This document shows, piece after piece, positions 18,098-27,516 of a DNA stretch of 64,000 nucleotides (its first letter is position 1; every line of letters starts with the position of its first letter). A program made the translations under genes and the position numbers. This DNA is from an uncultured Actinomycetota bacterium. GTDB taxonomy: Bacteria; Actinomycetota; Actinomycetes; Actinomycetales; Dermatophilaceae. Under the pieces are notes generated by a model that was given only the letters and a program-made list of their open reading frames with translations, did no database searches and was not told the origin of the DNA. Location: positions 878 through 64,877 of the forward strand of contig CAWDBL010000024.1 of the NCBI GenBank assembly GCA_963800505.1, read 5' to 3'.

Positions 18098-19357
18098 CTA
18101 GGTCGTCGCCCGGCGGCACCAGCGTCGGTGCAGGTCGAGCGCACGCACGTCGGTGAGCGAGGCGACCTGGTCGACGAGCGCCCGCAGCGCGGCGGCCTCG
18201 GAGCCGGCGGCGTCCCAGTCGTGGCGCAGGTCGGGGTCGAGCCGGTCGGGGTCGGCGTCGAAGGCGGCGACCAGCTCGGCCACCACCTCGCGCTGGCGCA
18301 CGTGCAGCGCCACCCGCTCGGCGGCGTGCATGACGTAGTGGGCCGCCACGGCCTTGAGCACGGCGCACTCGGCGCGGGCCTCGCGGGGCACGACGAGCCG
18401 CCCGCCGTGCCGGGTGAGCGGCCCGGGGCCGTGCTCGGCGCGGGTGGCCTGCTCCACGGCGACGACGAAGCGGCCGATGAGGCGTGAGGTCATGTCCTTC
18501 AGCGCCGCCAGGGCAGGGCGCGAGCCGTCGTAGGAGTCGGGCACGGCACCGGTGGCGAGCAGCCGCTCCAGCGCCTCGCCCAGCTCGGCGGGCGTCAGCC
18601 CGGGCTCGTAGACCTCCCCCGCCACGGCGAGCACCGCCTCGACGTCGGTGCGCTCACGCAACAGGCGCGGGTCGAGCCAACCGGACGCCACGGCATCCTC
18701 GACGTCGTGCACCGAGTAGGCCACGTCGTCGGACCAGTCCATGACCTCCGCCTCGGCCGAGCGGTGGCCCTCGGGGGCGCCGGCGCGGAACCAGTCGAAC
18801 ACCTCGAGGTCGTCGTCGTAGACGCCGAACTTCATCGTGGGGTGCGGGCCCTGGCCCCGGCGCCACGGGTACTTCGTGGCGGCATCCAGGCTGGCGCGGG
18901 TGAGGTTGAGCCCGGCGGGGCGGCCGTCGGGGTGGGCGCGCTTGGGCTCCAGCCGGGTCAGGATGCGCAGGGTCTGGGCGTTGCCCTCGAAGCCGCCGAC
19001 GCCGGCCGCGACGGCATCGAGCGCCGTCTCGCCGTTGTGCCCGAACGGGGGGTGGCCCAGGTCGTGCGCGAGGCAGGCGGTGTCGACGACGTCGGCGCTG
19101 CAGCCCAGGGCGGCACCGAACTCGCGGCCGATCTGGGCGACCTCGAGGGAGTGGGTGAGCCGGTTGCGCACGAAGTCGTCGCTGGCCGGCTGCACCACCT
19201 GGGTCTTGGCCGAGAGGCGGCGCAGGCTCGCCGAGTGCACCAGGCGGGCGCGGTCGCGGGCGAAGTCGTCGCGGTCGGCCCGCTTGTGGGCGGGGTCCTC
19301 GGCGACCCAGCGCTCGCGGTCGGCCACGGTGTAGGTGTCCCGAGCGGTGGAGGTCAC
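18098..19357 (-). CDS. dgt: dGTP triphosphohydrolase-like HD-domain protein
   Basis: '[13 protein letters not shown]...[16 protein letters not shown]'. Conserved position next to dnaG. Confidence 0.9.
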   Translation of the reverse strand: MTSTARDTYTVADRERWVAEDPAHKRADRDDFARDRARLVHSASLRRLSAKTQVVQPASDDFVRNRLTHSLEVAQIGREFGAALGCSADVVDTACLAHDLGHPPFGHNGETALDAVAAGVGGFEGNAQTLRILTRLEPKRAHPDGRPAGLNLTRASLDAATKYPWRRGQGPHPTMKFGVYDDDLEVFDWFRAGAPEGHRSAEAEVMDWSDDVAYSVHDVEDAVASGWLDPRLLRERTDVEAVLAVAGEVYEPGLTPAELGEALERLLATGAVPDSYDGSRPALAALKDMTSRLIGRFVVAVEQATRAEHGPGPLTRHGGRLVVPREARAECAVLKAVAAHYVMHAAERVALHVRQREVVAELVAAFDADPDRLDPDLRHDWDAAGSEAAALRALVDQVASLTDVRALDLHRRWCRRATT

Positions 19358-19361
19358 GCGC

Positions 19362-20030
19362 TCACCCTAGGCGGGCCGCCTCCGCCGCCGCTGCCGCCCG
19401 CTGGACCCACTTGGGCTCGGTGCCGTAGCGCTGGCTGGGGATCATCCGCCCGTTGGCGCAGTCGTCGACGAGCTGGGCCATCCGGGAGTCGCGGGTCTTC
19501 TCCTGCTTGGCGGTGACCACCCAGTTGGTGGCGAGCTTGCGGTAGGTGGGGGTGGCAATCTCCCAGAAGGCGGTGGCGGCCGGGTCGGCGGCGAGCTGGG
19601 CGGCGTAGTGCTCGGGCAGCTCGCGCTCGCGGTTCTCGTAGGCGTAGATGCCGGAGCGGTCTTCCCGGCGGCGCTCGAACGCGGCGATGCCGCTGGGCTG
19701 CATGCGGCCCTGCGCGGTGAGCTCGGCGACGGCGTTGATGTTGATGGTCGACCAGTTGCTGGTGGGCTTGCGTGGTGTCCATCGTTGGCGGCGGGTGTGC
19801 TCGTCGATGCCCTGGGCCATGCTGTCGATCCAGCCCCAGCACAGGGCTTCCCGGACCGCCTGCTCCCAGGTGAGGCCGGCCTTCGGGTGGCCCTTCTTGT
19901 AGAAGCCCATCCACAGCTCGGTCTCGGTGTCGTGGTGGGCGGCGAGCCAGCGGCCGAACTGCGCGGCATCCTCGAAGAAGATCGCGGGCCGCTCGGGAGT
20001 GCCGCCGGGGGTGCCGATCTGCCGTGCCAT
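19362..20030 (-). CDS. YdeI/OmpD-associated family protein
   Basis: ORF 19362..20078 trimmed to ATG 20030. '[32 protein letters not shown]' is typical of the YdeI family. Confidence 0.75.
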   Translation of the reverse strand: MARQIGTPGGTPERPAIFFEDAAQFGRWLAAHHDTETELWMGFYKKGHPKAGLTWEQAVREALCWGWIDSMAQGIDEHTRRQRWTPRKPTSNWSTININAVAELTAQGRMQPSGIAAFERRREDRSGIYAYENRERELPEHYAAQLAADPAATAFWEIATPTYRKLATNWVVTAKQEKTRDSRMAQLVDDCANGRMIPSQRYGTEPKWVQRAAAAAEAARLG

Positions 20031-20149
20031 GCGCCCACGGTAGCGGCGCCCTCCGACACCCGGGAGGCGCCGGGTCACCGGGCGGAGGACGGGCCAGTCC
20101 CCTGTTCGGTGGACCCTCCCAGCCGGGTTCCGTTCCTAGACTTCCCGAT

Positions 20150-20383
20150 ATGGACCGCAGACACCTGAGCTTCATCGCCCTGGCCATCACGATGCTCTAC
20201 GGCGCGAGCTTCGCCGTGTTCGACGAGACCCCGCAGGGCTATGCGGCGATCGGTGGGGTCGTCGTGGCGCTGTGCTGGATCGCGGTGGGAGTGTTCGGCA
20301 AGGACGATCAGCACCGACGCGACGGCGGGGGGCCTGTGCAGCCGCAGGACGACCCGCTGCCGGTGCGGCCGCAGGACGACTGA
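20150..20383 (+). CDS. Small membrane protein (77 aa), hypothetical
   Basis: ATG 20150 lies within ORF 20024..20383. Two hydrophobic helices followed by a charged tail. Confidence 0.4.
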   Translation: MDRRHLSFIALAITMLYGASFAVFDETPQGYAAIGGVVVALCWIAVGVFGKDDQHRRDGGGPVQPQDDPLPVRPQDD

Positions 20384-20400
20384 CCGGGGGTTCCGCCGGC

Positions 20401-20751
20401 TCAGGGGTGCGGCACGAGCCGCAGCACCGGTTCGTGCACCTCGTGCACGTGCAGCGACGGGACGCCCTCGTTGAAGCTGACCGACCCGATGACGACGTAG
20501 TGGATGCCGACCTCGAGCTCGGGGACGGCGCGCAAGGTCTGCCACTGGCTGGGGAAGACCGCAGCGCGCAGGCGTCGACCGCGCCAGGAGAGGTCGAGCC
20601 ACGCCCAGGACTGCCCCTGCTGGGTGTGCCTCAGGTCGACGGCGAGGAGCCGGCAGTGCAGCCGCTTGGGCGGTGAGCTGCCCGGGGTGAACTTCAGGTC
20701 GTCGGGGCGCAGGCGGACCACTGGTGAGCTGGAGGCGATCGGCGGGGCCAT
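20401..20751 (-). CDS. Small OB-fold-like protein, hypothetical
   Basis: 116 aa. The alternating beta pattern 'CRLLAVDL...AWLDLSWRGRRLRAAVF...HYVVIGSVSF' resembles tRNA-anticodon-type OB folds. Confidence 0.45.
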   Translation of the reverse strand: MAPPIASSSPVVRLRPDDLKFTPGSSPPKRLHCRLLAVDLRHTQQGQSWAWLDLSWRGRRLRAAVFPSQWQTLRAVPELEVGIHYVVIGSVSFNEGVPSLHVHEVHEPVLRLVPHP

Positions 20752-20867
20752 GGCTCAAGGTGTACCGCCGCCCACCGACAAGCGGCCGCGAGGCGGACGC
20801 GTCGCGCAACAAGGGTCGGAGAAATGGGGGCTATCACCCCGAAAAGTCCGATTGTCGTCAGTGAGTC

Positions 20868-21803
20868 TCACGCAGCGGCGACTCGTCGGGCCGCGCAGCC
20901 CGGCCCACAGACCCGGATGGAGCCCCGATAGCCCCTGGCCCGTAGGGCCCCGTGCACGTCGACGGCCAGCTCGCACGGCCCACCCTCCACGTCGACCCAC
21001 CCGGCCCGCAGGGTCAGCCGGCCGGTACCGGCGGCTCGACGGTCGCGGGTGCGGTCCTTGGCCACGAACTCGCCCTCGTGACCGAGCCGGCCGTCGACCT
21101 CGAGCACGACCAGCCACTCCTCGTACTCGAAGTCACGCCGCCGGATGCCGTCCCTCACCTGCATCGCGGCCCGCGGCAGCCCGTGCGGCTCCTCGACCCG
21201 TCGCACGTACGAGACCTCCATCAGGCTCTCGGCCCCCTCCGCGACCACTCCCAGCGCCACCGTCAGGATGTGCCTGTGGCGGTGGCGCGCCCGGTGCTCG
21301 AGTGCCTCGGCGAGGGAGGCCGCCGTCGTGCGCCGCTTCTGCACCCACCGGGCGGCCGTCGCGACCGCCTCTCGCCACTCCACACCGGGCAGGTCGGCCA
21401 GGTCGAGCACCGTCTGCTCGGCCCGGGTCACCGGCAGCCCCTTCCGGCGCACCACGTCGAGCCCGACGTGCCGGCGGAACCTCGTGCCGGGCAGCCGGGT
21501 CACCGAGCGACCGGGCGGCACCGCGACCGTGATGACGGCCGGCGCCGTGGTCGTGACCCCGTGGAGGTACTCGGCGCACCGCAGGCTCAGCGCGCAGCCC
21601 TCGCCACCGCGCAGCACGGCGGCATGGGCGCGCCCGAGCCAGTCGAGGTCGCCGGTCTGCGCGAGGTACAGCCCCTGCCCGATGCGGCTCCACCGGCCGG
21701 ACGTCACGCGCCATCGGAGCAGGTCATCGCTGAGGCCGGCAGCGCGCGCCTGAGCCCTCGAGCACACTCCGTGCTGCGAGCGGATCAGGGCATCGAGGTC
21801 CAT
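20868..21803 (-). CDS. DUF559-domain protein with an AbiEi-like N-terminal HTH
   Basis: N-terminus 'HGVCSRAQARAAGLSDDLLRWRVTSGRWSRIGQGLY'. The C-terminus 'DFEYEEWLVVLEVDGRLGHEG...RDRTRDRR' is the Vsr/DUF559 endonuclease-like fold. Confidence 0.75.
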   Translation of the reverse strand: MDLDALIRSQHGVCSRAQARAAGLSDDLLRWRVTSGRWSRIGQGLYLAQTGDLDWLGRAHAAVLRGGEGCALSLRCAEYLHGVTTTAPAVITVAVPPGRSVTRLPGTRFRRHVGLDVVRRKGLPVTRAEQTVLDLADLPGVEWREAVATAARWVQKRRTTAASLAEALEHRARHRHRHILTVALGVVAEGAESLMEVSYVRRVEEPHGLPRAAMQVRDGIRRRDFEYEEWLVVLEVDGRLGHEGEFVAKDRTRDRRAAGTGRLTLRAGWVDVEGGPCELAVDVHGALRARGYRGSIRVCGPGCAARRVAAA

Positions 21804-21919
21804 CCCCCGATGCTTCCCGATCCGCGGCGGCGGGCTCGGGCGTCATCCACAGGCCACCGCGCAAACAGGAGTCCGAGTTTTCGGTGCCATGGCCCCGAAA
21901 AGTCCGACCCTTGATGCCG

Positions 21920-23173
21920 TCAGCCGCCGGAGACGCTCAGCTCGGCCTGGGCGACCTGGGCTCGCTGCGCCTCGTCGAGCTCGCGCGAGCGCAGCCAGTG
22001 CTCGGGCAGGGCGACCACCCGGGGCGACCCGGCCCGGCCGCGCTGCCCCTCGGCCGCCTCGCCCGGCCACGGCGCGTCGAGGTCGAGGGTGCCGATGAGG
22101 TCGTCGAGCGACTGCAGGCTGTCGACCAGGGCCAGCTGGTGGCGCACCGTCGAACCGGCCGGGAAGCCCTTGAGGTACCACGCGATGTGCTTGCGGATGT
22201 CGCGGCAGGCGCGGCCCTCGTCGCCGTCGTAGAAGTCGACGAGGTATGCCGTGTGCCGGCGCAGCGTGGCCGTCACCTCGCGCAGCCCCGGCTGCACCCG
22301 AGCCGACGACCCGGCGAAGGCCGCGGCGAGGTCGGTGAACAGCCACGGACGCCCGAGGCACCCGCGCCCGACGACCACCCCGTCGCAGCCGGTCTGCCGC
22401 ACCATCTCCAGGGCGTCCTCGGCCGACCAGATGTCGCCGTTGCCGAGCACCGGGATCGACGTGACGGCCTCCTTGAGCCGGGCGATCGCCGACCAGTCGG
22501 CCTGCCCCGAGTACGCCTGGGCTGCGGTGCGCCCGTGCAGCGCGACCGCCGCCACGCCCTCGCCCTCGGCGATGCGCCCGGCATCCACATAGGTGACGTG
22601 GTCGGCGTCGATGCCCACCCGCATCTTCACGGTGACCGGCACGGCATACGGCGACGCCTCGCGCACCACGGCCGCCACGATGCCGCGGAACAGGTCGGTC
22701 TTCCACGGCAGGGCCGCGCCACCGCCCTTGCGGGTGACCTTGGGCACCGGGCAGCCGAAGTTGAGGTCGATGTGGTCGGCGCGGTCCTCGCTGACCAGGA
22801 TGCGGGCGGCCTGCCCCGCGGTGACCGGGTCGACGGAGTACAGCTGCACCGACCGGGGGTTCTCGCCGGGGTCGTGCGAGATGAGCCGCATCGTCTCGGG
22901 CGTGCGCTCGACGAGCGCCCGGGTGGTGATCATCTCGGAGACGTAGAGGCTGGTCGCCCCGGAAGCCCCGGACGCCCCGCCGGCCTCCAGCCCGGCCGTG
23001 CCGTACTCGCGGCACAGCCGCCGGAAGGCCCGGTTGGTGATGCCGGCCATCGGGGCGAGCACCACGGGCGACTCGACGACGTGCCGCCCGATGTGCAGCG
23101 GCGGCAGCACCGGGCGGGATGCCGGCGTCGAGGCGGGGGCACTGGCGGTGGCCGTGGCGGTGAGGGCGGACAT
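21920..23173 (-). CDS. tRNA-dihydrouridine synthase
   Basis: ORF 21920..23428 trimmed to ATG 23173. 'VVLAPMAGITNRAFRRLCREYG', 'DLNFGCPVPKVTRKGGGAAL', 'VKMRVG'. Confidence 0.9.
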   Translation of the reverse strand: MSALTATATASAPASTPASRPVLPPLHIGRHVVESPVVLAPMAGITNRAFRRLCREYGTAGLEAGGASGASGATSLYVSEMITTRALVERTPETMRLISHDPGENPRSVQLYSVDPVTAGQAARILVSEDRADHIDLNFGCPVPKVTRKGGGAALPWKTDLFRGIVAAVVREASPYAVPVTVKMRVGIDADHVTYVDAGRIAEGEGVAAVALHGRTAAQAYSGQADWSAIARLKEAVTSIPVLGNGDIWSAEDALEMVRQTGCDGVVVGRGCLGRPWLFTDLAAAFAGSSARVQPGLREVTATLRRHTAYLVDFYDGDEGRACRDIRKHIAWYLKGFPAGSTVRHQLALVDSLQSLDDLIGTLDLDAPWPGEAAEGQRGRAGSPRVVALPEHWLRSRELDEAQRAQVAQAELSVSGG

Positions 23174-23206
23174 GGTGCCCCATTCTCCCCCGACTAGGGT
23201 GGAGAC

Positions 23207-24019
23207 GTGGCATCGCAGCCGTCCGCAGGCCCCTGGGGCACCGACGGTGTGCGCGCCACCTGGGTGGGCCACTCGACCGTGCTGCTCGAGCTCGGCGGCC
23301 TGCGCGTCCTCACCGACCCGCTCCTGCGCCGGCGCCTCGGCCCGCTGCGCCGCCGCCGCGACCTGCCGGTGCAGCAGCACATCGACGACGTCGACGTCGT
23401 GCTGCTCAGCCACCTGCACCACGACCACGCCGACCTGCCCTCACTGCGCCGCCTCGGCCACGTGCCGGTCATCACCGACCCCGTCAACCTCCCGTGGCTC
23501 GACAAGCACACGCTCGAGCCCGGCGAGGCCTTCACCGACGGCTGGCACCCGGTCGGCCCCGGCGTCGACGTGATGCTGGTGCGGGCCGACCACGAGGCCC
23601 GCCCGATGCCGCACCGCCCCAACGGCGCCACCGGCATGCTGCTGCGCGGTGGCGGCGTCGTCGTCTGGTTCGCCGGCGACACTTCGCTGCACCCCGACAT
23701 GGCCCGGCTGCCCGAGCTGGCCGGCGCGCCCATCGACCTCGCCCTGCTGCCCGTCGGCGGCTGGGGCCCGCGCCTGTCCCCCGGCCACATGGGGCCGCAC
23801 GAGGCGGCCGACGCCACCGCGCGCTCCGGCGCGCGACACGTCGTCCCCATCCACTACGGCACGCTGCACCCGTCGGGCTGGCCGAAGTCGAAGCTGGAGT
23901 GGACGACCGACCCCGGTCACCAGTTCGTCGAGGTGCTCCCCGACTGGAGCGACGCCACCGCGCACGTGCCGCCGGTCGGTGGCGCCGTCATGATCCCGCC
24001 GGCGCGCGCGCTGCGCTGA
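23207..24019 (+). CDS. MBL-fold metallo-hydrolase
   Basis: 'VVLLSHLHHDH' metal-binding motif. About 270 aa. Confidence 0.85.
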   Translation: MASQPSAGPWGTDGVRATWVGHSTVLLELGGLRVLTDPLLRRRLGPLRRRRDLPVQQHIDDVDVVLLSHLHHDHADLPSLRRLGHVPVITDPVNLPWLDKHTLEPGEAFTDGWHPVGPGVDVMLVRADHEARPMPHRPNGATGMLLRGGGVVVWFAGDTSLHPDMARLPELAGAPIDLALLPVGGWGPRLSPGHMGPHEAADATARSGARHVVPIHYGTLHPSGWPKSKLEWTTDPGHQFVEVLPDWSDATAHVPPVGGAVMIPPARALR

Positions 24020-24755
24020 GCAGCTCCCACAGGGCGGCCGCCGTCTCGTTCGGGTGGGTCAGCGGGAAGACGTGCAGCCCGCGCGGCACCGTGACGACAT
24101 GCACCCAGCGGGCCGACCGGGCGGCGCGCGCGAACCGCCGGGCATCGACCCGCAGCTGGTCGAGCTGGCCGTTGACGAGCAGCACCGGTGCGGTGACCTC
24201 GGCGAGCATCTCGGGCCGGCACAGGCCCATGACCCCCGCCCACGCAGCCGGGATGCCGTCGAAGCCGTAGCCCGCCTCCTTGATCACCGCCGACAGCTCG
24301 GCAGGCAGCAGGGCGTCGAACTCGCGGTCCATGGCGCGCGACATCCGGTCGACCCCCAGCCGCGACTCGACCCGGGCGATCGCCCGGTAGAGCGCCGCCC
24401 CCGGTCCGGCCGGCACCGCCGACGCCCCCAGCAGCGCGAGCCCGGCCAGCCGGTGCGGGTGCTCCGACGCCCACGCCATCGCGAGGTAGCCGCCCAGGCT
24501 GTGCCCGGCGAGCACGACCGGCACCCCGGCCTCCCCGCCCTCCACCGCCTCGGTGACCACCGCGAGAGCACCCTCCCAGGAGAACGACTCACCGCGCCGC
24601 GTGCCGTGCGCCGGCAGGTCGGGCAGCACCAGGTCGACGTCGGGCCCGAGCAGCGCGGCATACCGCGACCACTGCGCACCGCTCAGCTGGGAGCCGTGGA
24701 GGAGGACGAGTCGCACGGGTGCTGCCACGCCCGACATCCTCCCGCAGAGATTCAC
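23988..24755 (-). CDS. Alpha/beta-fold hydrolase
   Basis: 'VRLVLLHGS', nucleophile elbow 'LAGHSLGG'. An alternative start is ATG 24737. Confidence 0.8.
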   Translation of the reverse strand: MNLCGRMSGVAAPVRLVLLHGSQLSGAQWSRYAALLGPDVDLVLPDLPAHGTRRGESFSWEGALAVVTEAVEGGEAGVPVVLAGHSLGGYLAMAWASEHPHRLAGLALLGASAVPAGPGAALYRAIARVESRLGVDRMSRAMDREFDALLPAELSAVIKEAGYGFDGIPAAWAGVMGLCRPEMLAEVTAPVLLVNGQLDQLRVDARRFARAARSARWVHVVTVPRGLHVFPLTHPNETAAALWELLSAARAPAGS

Positions 24756-24778
24756 GGCCCCGGTGGTTGGATGGGCCG

Positions 24779-25613
24779 ATGAGCGCCCTGGTCACCCCCG
24801 ACGAGCTCGCCACCCTCCTCTCCCGCGGCGAGGTGCGGGTGCTCGACGTGCAGTACAACCTGCGCGGCACGCCCGGGCCCGAGCTGTATGCCGTCGCACA
24901 CCTGCCCGGGGCGCCGCACCTCGACCTCGACGCAGCCCTGGCCGGGGCGCCGGGGGTGCGCGGACGGCATCCGCTGCCCGACCCTGCCGTGCTGCAGGAG
25001 GCGCTGCGCGCCTGCGGCGTCGGTGACGACGACGAGGTGGTGGTCTACGACCAGGCCACCTCGCTCGCCGCCGGCCGGGCCTGGTGGGTGCTGCGCTGGG
25101 CCGGGCACCCGCAGGTGCGCGTGCTCGACGGCGGCCTGGCCGCCTGGCGGCACGCCGGGATGCCGGTCACGGACGAGGTGCCCACGCCGGCCCCCGGCGA
25201 CCTCACCGTGCGCCCCGGCTCGGTGCCGGTGCTCGACGCCGGTGGGGCGGTGGACATGGCGCGGCACGGGGTGCTGCTCGACGCGCGGGCGCCGGAACGG
25301 TTCCGCGGCGAGGTCGAGCCGATCGACCGGGTCGCCGGGCATATCCCGGGCTCGGTGAACCTGCCGATGACCGACCTGCTCACCGCCGACGGCCGCTTCC
25401 TGCCCCCGGACGAGGTGCGTCGACGGGCCGCGGCGGTCGGGGTGCACCGCGACACCCCGGTCGGCACGACGTGCGGCTCCGGGCGTCACGGCCGCCCAGC
25501 TCGCCCTCGCCCTGCACACCGCCGGCATCGACGCCATCCCGTACGTGGGGTCGTGGAGCGAGTGGATCGAGGACCCCAGCCGGCCCGTTGAGACCGGGGC
25601 TCAGAGCGTGTAG
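24779..25613 (+). pseudogene. sseA: 3-mercaptopyruvate/thiosulfate sulfurtransferase (tandem rhodanese) with an apparent 1-nt insertion just after the catalytic Cys
   Basis: The frame from ATG 24779 reads '...VGTTCGSG' and then nonsense (RHGRPARP...). The next frame from about 25484 reads '[42 protein letters not shown]', the canonical end of the family, with stop at 25611..25613. Confidence 0.7.
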
Positions 25614-26851
25614 CTGCCCGAGAACTCGCCCGGCAGCGCCGACGCCCGGTCGACGTCGGCGACCTGGTAGAGCAGGCCCTCGTTGACGTCCCACGCCAGC
25701 ACCCGCCGCACCATGCCCTGGAAACCCGCTCTCTCCGAACGAGACTCGAACAGCACCACGTCGCGTGGCCCCCAGCCCAGCGCCCGGTAGGACGCCTTCG
25801 GGACGAGCGGGCCGGTCGACGCCGCGAGCACCCGAGGGATGGGCGGCAGGTCGGAGTGCACCGCGACCAGCCCCTGCGAGCGCTCGACCGCCTGCTGGTA
25901 GGCGCCGGGGAGGAACGCGCCCCCGGCCACCCAGCCCTCGGTGTTCGACACCGAGGCGGTGTTGGGCACGACGGGCGCTCCGAGCAGGGGCTCGACGCCG
26001 GTGAGCTCGCCCCCGCCGGAGAACGACCGCAGCTGGCCGCCGCCCCCGTCCTGCGCCAGGTCGGCCCAGTCGGGGGCCACGGCGTTCTCGGCCCTGGTCA
26101 CCGCCCGGGTCCGCGCGTTGATCAGCCACCCGTCGTCGCGGCCACGGGCGACGATGATGGTCCGGTCGCGGGCCCAGCCCGCCAGCGACAGGGTGGGGTC
26201 GGGCACCTCGATCGTGACCATCGAGCCGTCGCGTGCGTCGAGCACCACCACCCGGCCCGGTTGGGCGACGACGACCCGGTGCCGGTCGTCGGAGATCGAC
26301 CGGGGGCCGAGCGCCGACTGCACGCCGGGCAGCTGGTTGACCCGCAGCGCGGGCACCTCGACCTGGAACGGCGCGTCCGGCGCGAAGAGCACCAGGTGGT
26401 AGCCGCCGCCCTCGGCGACGACGAGGAAGACGGCGCGCAGCGGCTCCTCCACTCCCCCGCCGGGGCCCAGCTCGGCCCGGATCGCCAGGTCGGCCGGGCC
26501 GAGGTGGCGCGGGAGCTGGAGCCGCGCGGCATCCGGGTAGCGGGGCAGCAACGCCTCGTCGGGTGGGTCGGGCGCGAGGTAGACGGTGACGCCGTCGACC
26601 CGGGCCGTCGGCATCCGGCCGTCGGCGGCAACGGTCGCCGTGACGCTCGGCCGCGGTGCGGGCGACGGGGTGCGGTCCCGCACCACGAAGCCGACCGCGC
26701 CGGCCGCCGCGAGGCCACCCACCACCAGGGCGCTGCGGCGCACGACCGCCCGGTTGCGGCGGCGGGCCTCGTCCCACGCCGGGGCGGCGAGGTCGACGTC
26801 GGGCACGTCGTCGCTGGCCAGCTCGAGCAGCTCACGCAGGTCGGCCGTCAT
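25601..26851 (-). CDS. Single-pass membrane protein co-transcribed with the ECF sigma factor (putative anti-sigma/sensor)
   Basis: Start overlaps the sigma stop. Short cytoplasmic N-terminus, TM 'ALVVGGLAAAGAVGFVV', then a ~350-aa extracytoplasmic beta-rich domain. No zinc-binding anti-sigma motif (HxxxCxxC) is seen. Confidence 0.6.
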   Translation of the reverse strand: MTADLRELLELASDDVPDVDLAAPAWDEARRRNRAVVRRSALVVGGLAAAGAVGFVVRDRTPSPAPRPSVTATVAADGRMPTARVDGVTVYLAPDPPDEALLPRYPDAARLQLPRHLGPADLAIRAELGPGGGVEEPLRAVFLVVAEGGGYHLVLFAPDAPFQVEVPALRVNQLPGVQSALGPRSISDDRHRVVVAQPGRVVVLDARDGSMVTIEVPDPTLSLAGWARDRTIIVARGRDDGWLINARTRAVTRAENAVAPDWADLAQDGGGGQLRSFSGGGELTGVEPLLGAPVVPNTASVSNTEGWVAGGAFLPGAYQQAVERSQGLVAVHSDLPPIPRVLAASTGPLVPKASYRALGWGPRDVVLFESRSERAGFQGMVRRVLAWDVNEGLLYQVADVDRASALPGEFSGSYTL

Positions 26852-27382
26852 CGCAGGCCCCCGGTGCCGATGTCGGCCCGCGGCAGGGCGTCGCGCAGCC
26901 GGCCCAAGGCCTCGACGCCCTCCGCGTGCGCGGTCGCGACACTGCAGCCGAGCACCTGGGCGACGTCACCCTCGCCGCGTTCCTCGAACCAGCGCAGCAC
27001 GACGACCGCCCGTTGCCGGGGGGTCAGGGCGTCCAGCGCCCGCAGCACCTCGCGGCGGCGCTCGACCAGGTCCTCGTCCCACGGCTGGTCGGGCTCGTCC
27101 CACGCCGGGCCCGTCCGGCAGCGTCTCGGGCGGGCGCCCGCGCCACGAGGCGACCGCGTCGCGGTAGAGGAGGCGGCGCACGAACAGGTCGGGCTGCTCC
27201 TCACGCACCCGCGCCCACTGCCGGCCCAACCGCACCAGGGCGGAGCGCACCAGCGGCTCGGCGATGCGCAGGTCGCCGGTCACGAGGTAGGCCGCGCGCA
27301 GGAGGGTGTGCTGGCGTGCCTGGGCGTAGTCGACGAACTCGTCGTCGGGCCACGGTGCCTGCGGCTCGCGCGCGTCGTCCAT
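26848..27382 (-). pseudogene. ECF (sigma-70 family) RNA polymerase sigma factor, split by an apparent 1-nt insertion near 27103-27112
   Basis: Region 2 'DEFVDYAQARQHTLLRAAYLVTGD...LFVRRLLYRDAVASWR' is in ORF 26966..27391. Region 4 'LTPRQRAVVVLRWFEERGEGDVAQVLGCSVATAHAEG' is in ORF 26848..27204, one frame away. ATG 27382 follows GAGGAGG. Confidence 0.7.
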
Positions 27383-27516
27383 CCGGCTCACCTCCTCGTG
27401 CCCGCCGGCGTCACCCCCACTGTCTCAAGGCTCGCGCGCCATCCGGAAGGAGTCGTCGGTCACGATCCGGGTGGACCGATGTCGACCCCACCGCCGGGTT
27501 CTGTTTGGATCAGCGC

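Noticed and set aside
16160-18368. ORFs 16160..17326 (+) and 17118..18368 (-) overlapping dnaG
   Set aside because: dnaG motifs (zinc ribbon, TOPRIM) are unambiguous in the 16112..18049 reverse frame. The others are shadow or alternative frames with Arg/Gly/Pro bias.
25380-26777. 465-aa alternative reverse frame overlapping the 416-aa membrane-protein gene
   Set aside because: It is extremely Arg/Gly/Pro-rich. The 25601..26851 frame has a balanced composition and a TM helix, and its start overlaps the sigma gene stop.
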